From a bacterium (GTDB lineage Bacteria > Babelota > Babeliae > Babelales > JAUWHS01): a stretch of DNA of 64,000 nucleotides. The translations under genes were made by a program, and so were the position numbers. The notes under the pieces are model-generated. The model was not told the origin of the DNA. It ran no database searches and was given only the letters and a program-made list of their open reading frames with translations. The stretch spans positions 5,387-69,386 of the forward strand of contig JBDRFY010000050.1 of NCBI GenBank assembly GCA_043818275.1, read 5' to 3'. Shown in pieces: positions 56,550 through 64,000 of the stretch; the stretch's first letter is position 1; the number at the start of each line of letters is the position of its first letter.

Positions 56550-57935
56550 TTGAATATTACAGAAAAAATTAAATCTGCAAAAGGAAAAGGCGATCCAACA
56601 AAAAAAATAATTTTTTATTGGCTTCCCGAGTTAATTTCCACAGGAATACTTATTTCAGTCCCTCCGGTTTTAGATTCACTCATAATTTCACATTTAAAAT
56701 CAACAACAATATTTGGCGCCTTTGGTATGGCTGCAAGTTTATTGCACACATTGACAAAACTTTCAGAATCAATTCCTGTTGCTGAAATGGCAATTGTCGG
56801 ACGGCATAACGGCGCGCAAGAATATCCCAAATGCGGTCAAGATTTGGGAGACACATTTTGGACAACTATTTTTATTGGCATATCTCAATTTTTATTAATT
56901 TTTTTTGGCGCCAGTACCATTTACTCCTGGTTAGGAGTTTCTGATAAAATGATATCTATTGGCACTCCATATTTAATTTTGCGTTCCCTGGGTATATTTC
57001 TGGTTTTTGTTTTAATGTCATTTATTGGTTTCATGCGCGGTGTTAAAAATACAAAAATTCCCATGCTTATAAATATTGTTGGCATGGCAACATTTTCTTT
57101 TTTTGATTATTCGCTTGTTCTTGGAAGATTTGGTTTTCCGCAAATCGGATTAACAGGTTCCGCAATCGCTTCAATAATTCAATATGTTGTAATGATTTCC
57201 ATCGCAGTTTCCTATATTCATTTAAACCCTGATTATAAAAAATATTTTTATAAATTATTTTTTAATTATTTTAACAATAAAAGAGTCGCCCAACTTTTAA
57301 ATTTAAGTTGGCCAATTATGATTGATAAAGGATCTCTTGCATTTGCATATATCTGGCTTTCAAAAATGATTGCCCCTATGGGAAAATACGCGATTGCAAC
57401 TTATGACATAATTAACAAACTGGAACGTTTTGCTATTTTACCAGCAGCCGGTTTTGCAAATGTTGTTATTTTTCTGGTCAGCAACAGACTGGGAGCCAAT
57501 GATCCAGATGGAGCAAAAGCAAACGTAAAAAAAATTATGGTTATGACGGCAGGCAGTGTTCTTGTAACTCTTTCAATCCTTTGTTATAACTCCAGATTTT
57601 TTGTAAGTTTTTTTGATCCAAAACATAAATTTACAGATTTTGCTTCAACAGCGCTCACTTTTATAAGCTTATTTGTCGTATTTGATTTTGTTCAATTAAT
57701 TCTGGCAGGAGCATTGAGAGGCAGCGGAAGTGTTCGAAGTGTTATGTGGGTAAGGTTCTTCTCCTGTTTTTTCTTTTTCCTCCCTCTTTCTTATTTTCTA
57801 GCTCACTTACCAATAGAAAGTGAAGTCCTAAAATTTATCATAATTTATGGAACTTTTTATATAAATACCGGTTTTATGGGACTCCTTTTTTTGAAAAAAA
57901 TCATGAGCCCAAACTGGAAAAAAGATATCACCTAA
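56550..57935 (+). CDS. MATE-family efflux transporter
   Basis: TTG start after AAAGGAG. Twelve TM helices with an internal duplication. LNLSWPIMIDKGSL, VSNRLGANDPDGAK. Confidence 0.7.
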   Translation: MNITEKIKSAKGKGDPTKKIIFYWLPELISTGILISVPPVLDSLIISHLKSTTIFGAFGMAASLLHTLTKLSESIPVAEMAIVGRHNGAQEYPKCGQDLGDTFWTTIFIGISQFLLIFFGASTIYSWLGVSDKMISIGTPYLILRSLGIFLVFVLMSFIGFMRGVKNTKIPMLINIVGMATFSFFDYSLVLGRFGFPQIGLTGSAIASIIQYVVMISIAVSYIHLNPDYKKYFYKLFFNYFNNKRVAQLLNLSWPIMIDKGSLAFAYIWLSKMIAPMGKYAIATYDIINKLERFAILPAAGFANVVIFLVSNRLGANDPDGAKANVKKIMVMTAGSVLVTLSILCYNSRFFVSFFDPKHKFTDFASTALTFISLFVVFDFVQLILAGALRGSGSVRSVMWVRFFSCFFFFLPLSYFLAHLPIESEVLKFIIIYGTFYINTGFMGLLFLKKIMSPNWKKDIT

Positions 57936-58003
57936 ATTTTAGCCATAATTTGCATTACATCCATCAATTGGTATATTGATAGCTAAAATAATATTGAAAT
58001 ATA

Positions 58004-58213
58004 GTCCGAAGTGATTTGAAATTCTTGAATTAACTTTATTTTAGCTAAAACGCCCCACCCGCTCGTCCTGAGCTTGTCGAAGGAAATCGAGCGGGTGGGA
58101 TATAAATTCGAGCATATTAAGAGAGTTTATTAATTTTATTATTCAACTGTTCAAAATCACTTCGAACAATCCTGAACCATGGACTGAACTAGATTCAGGC
58201 TTGATTCAGGATC
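58004..58213. repeat. Nested palindromic element related to 20029..20303 (families A + B)
   Basis: Outer pair gtccgaagtgatttgaa (58004..58020) and ttcaaaatcacttcgaac (58150..58167). Core hairpin cccacccgctcg tcctgagcttgtcgaaggaaa tcgagcgggtggg (58054..58099). The right end is ttgattcaggatc (58201..58213). Confidence 0.7.
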
Positions 58214-58234
58214 TTTAATTAAAGGCCTAAACCA

Positions 58235-58555
58235 ATGATCAAATTAGATGAAAAAGTTTTATTAAAACTTGCAAAACTATCAGCGCTAAAACTTTCTGAC
58301 AACGAAATTCCCAAATTCACAAAAGATTTAAATGAATTATTGAAACACTTTGAAGAATTAAACAACATAAAAAGCTCAAAAGAATACCTGGCAACACGCA
58401 ATAAAAATATTTTCAGACAAGATAAGGCAATAAAACAAAATTCAGAAGAAATAATGGCGCAAGCGCCAAAAACACAAGATAATTATTTTGTTGTTCCATC
58501 CGCCATAGCCTTGGCGAAGGCGGACAAGTCAGTTCAAAATAAAAAAGATAATTAA
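58235..58555 (+). CDS. gatC: Glu/Asp-tRNA amidotransferase subunit C, with a C-terminal extension
   Basis: LAKLSALKLSDNEIPKFTKDLNELLKHFEELN...DNYFVVP. About 20 extra residues follow; part of them is encoded by a GC-rich repeat copy (58496..58525). Confidence 0.85.
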   Translation: MIKLDEKVLLKLAKLSALKLSDNEIPKFTKDLNELLKHFEELNNIKSSKEYLATRNKNIFRQDKAIKQNSEEIMAQAPKTQDNYFVVPSAIALAKADKSVQNKKDN

Positions 58556-58556
58556 T

Positions 58557-59987
58557 ATGAAACCATTTATAACAATTAAAGAATTAAAAGAAAAAATATC
58601 AAACGAAGAAATAACACCGGAAGAATCAACTAATTTTTTTCATAACAGATTAAAAAAACATGATAAAAAAATTCTAAGTTGCCTTGAAATTTTTGAACCG
58701 CAAAAAATTAAATCTAATGGACCTCTTGCCGGTATTCCCGGCCTTTTAAAAGACAATATTTGCCAAAAGGGGAAAATTGCTTCATGCGCATCCAAAATTT
58801 TGCAAAATTATAAAGCTCCGTATGATTCAACAGCAACACAAAGAATGACAGAAGCTGGAGCCTCAATTTTGGGCCGAACAAACATGGATGAATTTGCGAT
58901 GGGCTCAAGCGGAGAATACTCAGCTTATCAGATAACAAAAAACCCTTGGGATTTAACGCGTGTACCAGGTGGCTCATGTTCCGGCTCAGCCGCAGCGGTT
59001 GCCGCAGGATTAGTTCCATGGGCTTTGGGCTCAGAAACTGGTGGTTCAGTACGAACGCCCGCGGCATTTTGTGGAATTGTAGGCATGTATCCAACTTACG
59101 GATTAAGTTCACGTTTCGGAGTTGTAGCGTTTGCATCCTCAACAGATCAAATCGCTCCACTGACAAGAACGGTTTACGATAACGCAACAATTGCCTCATC
59201 TCTATTTGGTCATGATAAAAACGATTCAACAACTCTTGATCAAAAACAAAAAGATTACACAAAAAATCTGGATGGCAAATTACCAAAAAATTTAACAATT
59301 GGGGTGTTGCAGGAAGCGCTCGATTCAAAAAATGTTGATCCTCAAATAAAAACTTCTTTTCAAAATGCGATAAAACAACTCGAGAAATTGGGTGCCAAAA
59401 TTAAACCGGTAAAACTTGAAAATTTAAAGTATGGAATTGCTGTTTATTATATTCTGGCTCCTGCGGAAGCCGCTTCCAATTTAAACCGGTATGATGGAAC
59501 TCTTTATGGATTAAGAAATAAAAGCGCAAAAACATTGGAAGAAATGTACACAAACACCCGCCATGAAGGTTTTGGCGTTGAAGTTAAACGCAGAATTTTG
59601 ATGGGTAATTTTGTACTTTCTGAAGGATATAAAGACGCTTATTACAACAAGGCAAATAAAATCAGAAACATGATACGGGCAGAGTTCGGGCAAACTTTTA
59701 AAGATGTTGATCTTATTGCCTCTCCGACAACAGCAACGTTACCTTTCAAAATAGGACAAAACGATAACAATCCAATGGCATTATACATGGCAGACTATTT
59801 CACCGTATGTAATTGCCTGACAGGAAATCCCGCGATCAGTATTCCTTGTGGTTTTTCAAAAGAAAATTTACCGATCGGTTTTCAGTTTATTGGACCTCGT
59901 TTATCTGAAGAATTGCTTTACAAAGTTTCATACGCGTTTGAACAAAGTACAGATTATCATTTAAAAACACCAAAGGGGTTTGAGTAA
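58557..59987 (+). CDS. gatA: Glu/Asp-tRNA amidotransferase subunit A
   Basis: Amidase signature GGSCSGSAAAVAAG, LGSETGGSVRTPAAFCG. Confidence 0.95.
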   Translation: MKPFITIKELKEKISNEEITPEESTNFFHNRLKKHDKKILSCLEIFEPQKIKSNGPLAGIPGLLKDNICQKGKIASCASKILQNYKAPYDSTATQRMTEAGASILGRTNMDEFAMGSSGEYSAYQITKNPWDLTRVPGGSCSGSAAAVAAGLVPWALGSETGGSVRTPAAFCGIVGMYPTYGLSSRFGVVAFASSTDQIAPLTRTVYDNATIASSLFGHDKNDSTTLDQKQKDYTKNLDGKLPKNLTIGVLQEALDSKNVDPQIKTSFQNAIKQLEKLGAKIKPVKLENLKYGIAVYYILAPAEAASNLNRYDGTLYGLRNKSAKTLEEMYTNTRHEGFGVEVKRRILMGNFVLSEGYKDAYYNKANKIRNMIRAEFGQTFKDVDLIASPTTATLPFKIGQNDNNPMALYMADYFTVCNCLTGNPAISIPCGFSKENLPIGFQFIGPRLSEELLYKVSYAFEQSTDYHLKTPKGFE

Positions 59988-59989
59988 AA

Positions 59990-60964
59990 ATGAGCAATTT
60001 CTGGAAAGAAAAAATTAAAATTGGTAATCAATCATTTCCAAGATTTATGGCCGCGCCAATGGATGGAATTACAGATTCACCTTTCAGGCAAATAGTAAGA
60101 GAATTTTCCAGAGAAGAACTGCTTTTTACTGAAATGAGACACGTTGATACGGTTGTAAACGCAAAGGATGAACTTTCGTTAAAATATAATAAAATTGAAC
60201 AACCGCTTGCCTTTCAATTTTCAGCAAATAAAACAAATTTAATTCCTCAGGCGGTTAAAAAAGTTTTAGATAAAAATTTTATTCAAATAAATTTAAACTC
60301 CGGATGCCCCGCAAAAAACATTGTTAAATCCGGTTCCGGTTCAGCATTAATGGCAAATCCAGAACTTTTAAAAGAAATAATTATTGCCATGCAAAAAGAA
60401 ATAAATGGCAAAGTTCCTTTTACTTTAAAAATTCGATCCGGATTTCTGGTAAAAAATGCGCCTGAAATAGCTGAAATGGCTCAAGATTTAGGTGTTGACG
60501 CAATTATAATTCATCCACGAACAAGAAATGAAAAGTTTTTTGGAAACCTGGATTTTGAGCTTGTACAAAAAATCAAAAATAAATTAACAATACCGGTAAT
60601 TTTTTCTGGCAGTATCACTGATTTTGCTGCAGCCAAAAATATTTACGAAAAAACAGGTTGCGATGGTTTTATGATCGGTCGCGCGCTTTGGGGTGCTCCG
60701 TGGAAATTGGAAGAATTAAAACTTGAATCTGAAAACAAAACTTTAAAAATTGATATGAAAACCAAACTTAAACTTTCACTTAAACATTTAAAATTAAATC
60801 CTGATTTTTACGGACCAAATGGATTTCAAAAATTAAAATCACACCTAGCACATTACATTACAAAAATAAAAAGTGCAGCTCAAATAAGAAGAGAATTACT
60901 TGAAACAACAAATGAACAAGAAATGAAAACAAACCTGGAAGAATTATTAAAAAATTACAAATAA
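59990..60964 (+). CDS. dusB: tRNA-dihydrouridine synthase
   Basis: APMDGITDSPFR, INLNSGCPAKNIVKSGSGSALM, IIHPRT. Confidence 0.85.
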   Translation: MSNFWKEKIKIGNQSFPRFMAAPMDGITDSPFRQIVREFSREELLFTEMRHVDTVVNAKDELSLKYNKIEQPLAFQFSANKTNLIPQAVKKVLDKNFIQINLNSGCPAKNIVKSGSGSALMANPELLKEIIIAMQKEINGKVPFTLKIRSGFLVKNAPEIAEMAQDLGVDAIIIHPRTRNEKFFGNLDFELVQKIKNKLTIPVIFSGSITDFAAAKNIYEKTGCDGFMIGRALWGAPWKLEELKLESENKTLKIDMKTKLKLSLKHLKLNPDFYGPNGFQKLKSHLAHYITKIKSAAQIRRELLETTNEQEMKTNLEELLKNYK

Positions 60965-61777
60965 ATGCAAATCGTAAAAAAAATATTAATTTCCATTATT
61001 TTTATCATTCTTATCTTTTTTATTTCAAAACAACTCCTGTTTTTTAAAAAAACATTACTGGATGATTTTACGCATAACATAAACTACCCCACCATATTAC
61101 TTGCGCATAAACTAGCCAGTCCTTTTAAAAATTTTTGGCAAAAAAAAACCGATCATAAAAATCTAATAAAAGAATACGAAGCATTAAAAGAAAAATATGA
61201 TGAACTAATTAAAGAAAATATTGAATTAAAATCAACAATAAACCATCAAAAAAACACTGATGAATTAACCGAATTTCAACAAAGATACAATCAAAATAAT
61301 ACTTTAATCGCAAAAGTTTTATTAAAAAACATAACCGAATCAGAACAGTTTTTTTTAATAAATCGTGGAAAAAATGACGAGATAAAAAAAGATACGGTTG
61401 CCATTTACAAAAATCAGATAATTGGCCGTGTAACTGATGTTTTTTCTTACTACAGCAAAATTCTTTTAATTACGGATTCTAATTCCAAAATTTCAGCCTA
61501 CACCGAAAAAACAAAGGCTTCTGGAATAGTTAACGGATTAAATGACATAACTCAATGCCAACTCGGTTATGTTAATCATTTATCAAAAATTCAGGATAAA
61601 GACCTGGTTATTTCAAGTGGTCAGGGACTAATTTATCCAGAAGGCTTTGCTCTTGGAAAAATCACAAAATTTAATAAAAAAGACCTTTATTACGATATAA
61701 CAATAAAACCATTATTTGACTTAAAAAATATTGATTTTTGTTTATTATTAAAACAATCTAAAATAAAAGCTTTCTAG
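60965..61777 (+). CDS. mreC: Rod shape-determining protein MreC
   Basis: N-terminal TM helix and coiled coil, then GRVTDVFSYYSKILLITDSNSKISA...GIVNG...LVISSGQGLIYPEGFALGKI. Confidence 0.75.
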   Translation: MQIVKKILISIIFIILIFFISKQLLFFKKTLLDDFTHNINYPTILLAHKLASPFKNFWQKKTDHKNLIKEYEALKEKYDELIKENIELKSTINHQKNTDELTEFQQRYNQNNTLIAKVLLKNITESEQFFLINRGKNDEIKKDTVAIYKNQIIGRVTDVFSYYSKILLITDSNSKISAYTEKTKASGIVNGLNDITQCQLGYVNHLSKIQDKDLVISSGQGLIYPEGFALGKITKFNKKDLYYDITIKPLFDLKNIDFCLLLKQSKIKAF

Positions 61778-61822
61778 CCAATCAGTTAAATATTTGATAA
61801 AAATAATATATTGAAATTTACA

Positions 61823-61957
61823 TGCGCCTCCCTCGACCCTTAAGGGCTCGGGACAGGTTCCGCTTCCCCCTTCGCTCTTCGAGCTTCGGAGGACAAGCAA
61901 TTGGATAAATAATTTCACCGTTCTCCCTGAGAAGCCACCATGGCATCTCGAAGGGTT
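61823..61957. repeat. GC-rich repeat block upstream of tRNA-Arg (family A and C copies)
   Basis: ccttcgctcttcgagcttcggagg (61869..61892, family C) and ccgttctccctgagaagc...atctcgaaggg (61918..61954, family A, reverse orientation). Confidence 0.65.
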
Positions 61958-61986
61958 AAATAAATTGAAATATAAAAATTATACGT

Positions 61987-62063
61987 GCGCCTGTAGCTCA
62001 ATTGGATAGAGTACCGGACTTCGAATCCGTTGGTTGCAGGTTCGACTCCTGCCAGGCGCGCCA
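61987..62063 (+). tRNA. tRNA-Arg (TCG), encoded CCA
   Basis: gcgcctg/caggcgc acceptor stem, cttcgaa anticodon loop, gcaggttcgactcctgc T arm. Confidence 0.9.
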
Positions 62064-62136
62064 TCCTACGCCAAGGCTTCGGATGGCAGGCCATCTTTTT
62101 TATGGAATTTTTATTACATACCTATAACTCAAATGA

Positions 62137-62200
62137 ACCCTTCGACTAGCTCAGGACTTCGAGTTTCCTAAACTCGGGGTTCACTCCCGAAGAATTGAGG
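62137..62200 (+). pseudogene. tRNA-Arg(CCT)-derived fragment (pseudo-tRNA) fused to the family A repeat core
   Basis: ccttcgac-tagctcagg-acttc-gagtttcctaaactc-ggggttcactcccgaag. It shares tagctcagg and a 15-nt exact anticodon stem-loop (gagtttcctaaactc) with the tRNA at 62236. The D arm does not close. Confidence 0.45.
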
Positions 62201-62235
62201 GACCGCAGATCAAAAATGAATTTGACATTGAATGT

Positions 62236-62312
62236 GTGCCTATAGCTCAGGTGGATAGAGCGAGAGTTTCCTAAACTCTAGGCCGCAGGTTCGAGTCCTG
62301 CTAGGCACACCA
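62236..62312 (+). tRNA. tRNA-Arg (CCT), encoded CCA
   Basis: gtgccta/taggcac acceptor stem, agagt ttcctaa actct anticodon arm, gcaggttcgagtcctgc T arm. Confidence 0.9.
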
Positions 62313-62449
62313 GCTTTCGCTAAAGCTTCAGCTGGCATGCCAAATAAATTAATGAATTTTTAAATAACTTATAAGAACCATTGATAGCGAAAGCTGTCCG
62401 CCGAAGCTCTTAAGAGCGTAGGAGGACTGGCCAAAAATTAATAAAAATT

Positions 62450-62692
62450 ATGCATTACGTTTATATCATTCAATCAATAAATTACCCCCAAAAACGATAT
62501 GTTGGATGCTCAAACAATATAAAAAAACGTTTGACCAATCACAATTCAGGAACTACTTCTCATACCAGAAAATATAAACCTTGGGAACTTATTGTATGTA
62601 TATGCTTTAAAAATAAAGATAAAGCCGTAGAATTTGAAAAATATTTAAAGTCTGGTTCAGGAAGAGCTTTCTCTGCAAAAAGATTTTTCTAA
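62450..62692 (+). CDS. GIY-YIG nuclease-domain protein (small stand-alone YhbQ-like type)
   Basis: HYVYIIQS...KRYVGCSNNIKKRLTNHNSG...KYKPWELI...A.EFEKYLKSGSGRAF. Confidence 0.8.
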   Translation: MHYVYIIQSINYPQKRYVGCSNNIKKRLTNHNSGTTSHTRKYKPWELIVCICFKNKDKAVEFEKYLKSGSGRAFSAKRFF

Positions 62693-62709
62693 TCATTTCG
62701 TACCGCAAA

Positions 62710-63906
62710 ATGCACATACACCAAATTTCTGCTATTCTGCTGTATTGTTTTATAGCAAATCGTTTTTTAGGTAAAAGGGGTTATCAGGTGAACCTATTAG
62801 ATTTTGTGTTCAAAAAAATATTATGGCTATTTATCTTTACAGGAATACCATTCGTTATCTTATGTAAAGACGACATCGTTTTTCGTGATATTTTGGGTAA
62901 CGAGAGCATTCTCAATCCAACCGTAAAAAAACAAATACATGAAAAATATTTTTGGCTCAAAAATTCTATCTATTTTAAATCTCTGGAAGATCCCAAAAAT
63001 AAAAAAGAATCTGTGCGCAACCCCAAATGGGTGCGAGAAATATGCAAAAGCGATCCATCGATTGCAACACTTACGGTGCAAACTGAAGATGGACTTACGT
63101 TACCATGTTTATACTTTGATCGAGGCAAAGAGAACCTGGTGGTGATGGGACATGGCCTTGCGGATGTTTCTTATAAAATGATTTTGTACGCGGAAATATT
63201 TCATGACTGTGATGTATTAATTATTGGATTTCGTGGGCACAGTTTAGCAGCATGGTATGAACTGCGTCCATGGAAAAGGTTTTTTAATATCGACTTTAAT
63301 TGCAAATTTGGAGAGAAAGAGCAATTAGATGTTTTTGCAGCAGTTGAAAAAGTAAAAGAATTAAAAAAATATGAAAATATTATTGGCTTTGGACCATGTT
63401 ATGGAGCGTTTGTTTTGGCAAAAGCGCAAGGAATTAAGGAAGCAAATAATGAAAAATTGTTTGATAAATTAATTTTGTATGAAAGCTGGCCGAATGGTAA
63501 GGCATTTATTGAAAAGTACGCAAAAGATCCAGGTATTGCTATTAACCACCAAAAACATAGTTATTGCGCTAATCTCACACTGTGTAAGAATGGTCATCTA
63601 AAAAAACTATTTTTATGGATTATCCAAACTTTTTTTGAAATCAACTGTGATAAGTTAAACTTAGTACCATATCTTCAAAATATCAAAAATACACCAGTCT
63701 TATTGTTGCATGCTACTAATGATATAATTGTCTCAAATGAAGAGTTTGAAGTTGTTTTTAATTCATTGGCAACTCAAAATAAACAGGCCGTCTTTTTCCC
63801 CTGCACGCATTCGCGTTCTCACGTCTGGGAAAAAGAGGTTTTTGCATATGTTTGCAATGAATTTATTTATGCGAAAGAGAAACATGAAAATTTCAAAAAA
63901 TTATAA
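62710..63906 (+). CDS. Alpha/beta-hydrolase-fold protein with a possible Cys nucleophile
   Basis: N-terminal TM helices. VVMGHGLAD, nucleophile-elbow-like IIGFGPCYGAFV (GxCxG), LLLHATNDIIV, CTHSRSH. Confidence 0.5.
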   Translation: MHIHQISAILLYCFIANRFLGKRGYQVNLLDFVFKKILWLFIFTGIPFVILCKDDIVFRDILGNESILNPTVKKQIHEKYFWLKNSIYFKSLEDPKNKKESVRNPKWVREICKSDPSIATLTVQTEDGLTLPCLYFDRGKENLVVMGHGLADVSYKMILYAEIFHDCDVLIIGFRGHSLAAWYELRPWKRFFNIDFNCKFGEKEQLDVFAAVEKVKELKKYENIIGFGPCYGAFVLAKAQGIKEANNEKLFDKLILYESWPNGKAFIEKYAKDPGIAINHQKHSYCANLTLCKNGHLKKLFLWIIQTFFEINCDKLNLVPYLQNIKNTPVLLLHATNDIIVSNEEFEVVFNSLATQNKQAVFFPCTHSRSHVWEKEVFAYVCNEFIYAKEKHENFKKL

Positions 63907-64000
63907 TTAGCATCAGCTCACAGAAACTAAGAACTCTTTAATCTCAAAAGAAGCTACATTTTCAATAGAAAAAGTTCTAAAATAGTCTTGCATGGCACAC

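Noticed and set aside
58714-59328. 204-aa minus-strand ORF, plus 58946..59182 and 59511..59693
   Set aside because: They are nested inside gatA, which carries an unambiguous amidase signature.
61823-62449. The GC-rich repeats as a CRISPR array
   Set aside because: The copies are imperfect, occur in both orientations, are irregularly spaced and are scattered over the whole window. There is no repeat-spacer periodicity and there are no cas genes.
63913-64000. Possible 3' end of a minus-strand gene running off the window (...MQDYFRTFSIENVASFEIKEFLVSVS*)
   Set aside because: Only about 29 codons are visible and they carry no recognisable motif, which is too little to call.

Overview
This is a densely coding, visibly AT-rich bacterial chromosome segment (about 30% G+C by eye; not computed). 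The housekeeping genes I recognise are dnaE (3' end), an acyl-CoA carboxyltransferase, hflX, gap, RNase HI, a SpoIID-like gene, tatD, HU, sbcC, rodA, waaA/kdtA, lon, rpsB, dnaX, der, lptB, hpf, lpxL, gatCA, dusB and mreC. RNA genes are four tRNAs and an SRP (4.5S) RNA. The window also has two tandem ATP/ADP-translocase-family transporters, two LRR proteins, many small signal-peptide proteins, LPS genes and eroded operon synteny. Together these suggest a host-dependent diderm bacterium, perhaps Dependentiae/TM6-like; that taxonomic guess is inference only. The most notable feature is a 12-kb, seven-gene, single-strand array at 7194..19038. It contains three tandem copies of a small + large secreted-protein cassette and a seventh related gene. 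The large proteins appear to combine a six-blade tectonin-like propeller with a beta-solenoid-like module that the small proteins share. I cannot assign these proteins to a characterised family. Other points worth a second look: several families of GC-rich nested palindromic (MITE-like) repeats, one with a tRNA 5'-half-like core. A conserved, covarying 3' trailer follows all four tRNA genes, and a related copy sits in frame at the 3' end of gatC. The essential dnaX gene has a frame break. An orphan periplasmic binding protein is tightly coupled to a pentameric ligand-gated ion channel homolog. One LRR protein carries a legumain/caspase-like His-Cys pattern. All family assignments come from motif recognition by eye; no searches were run.
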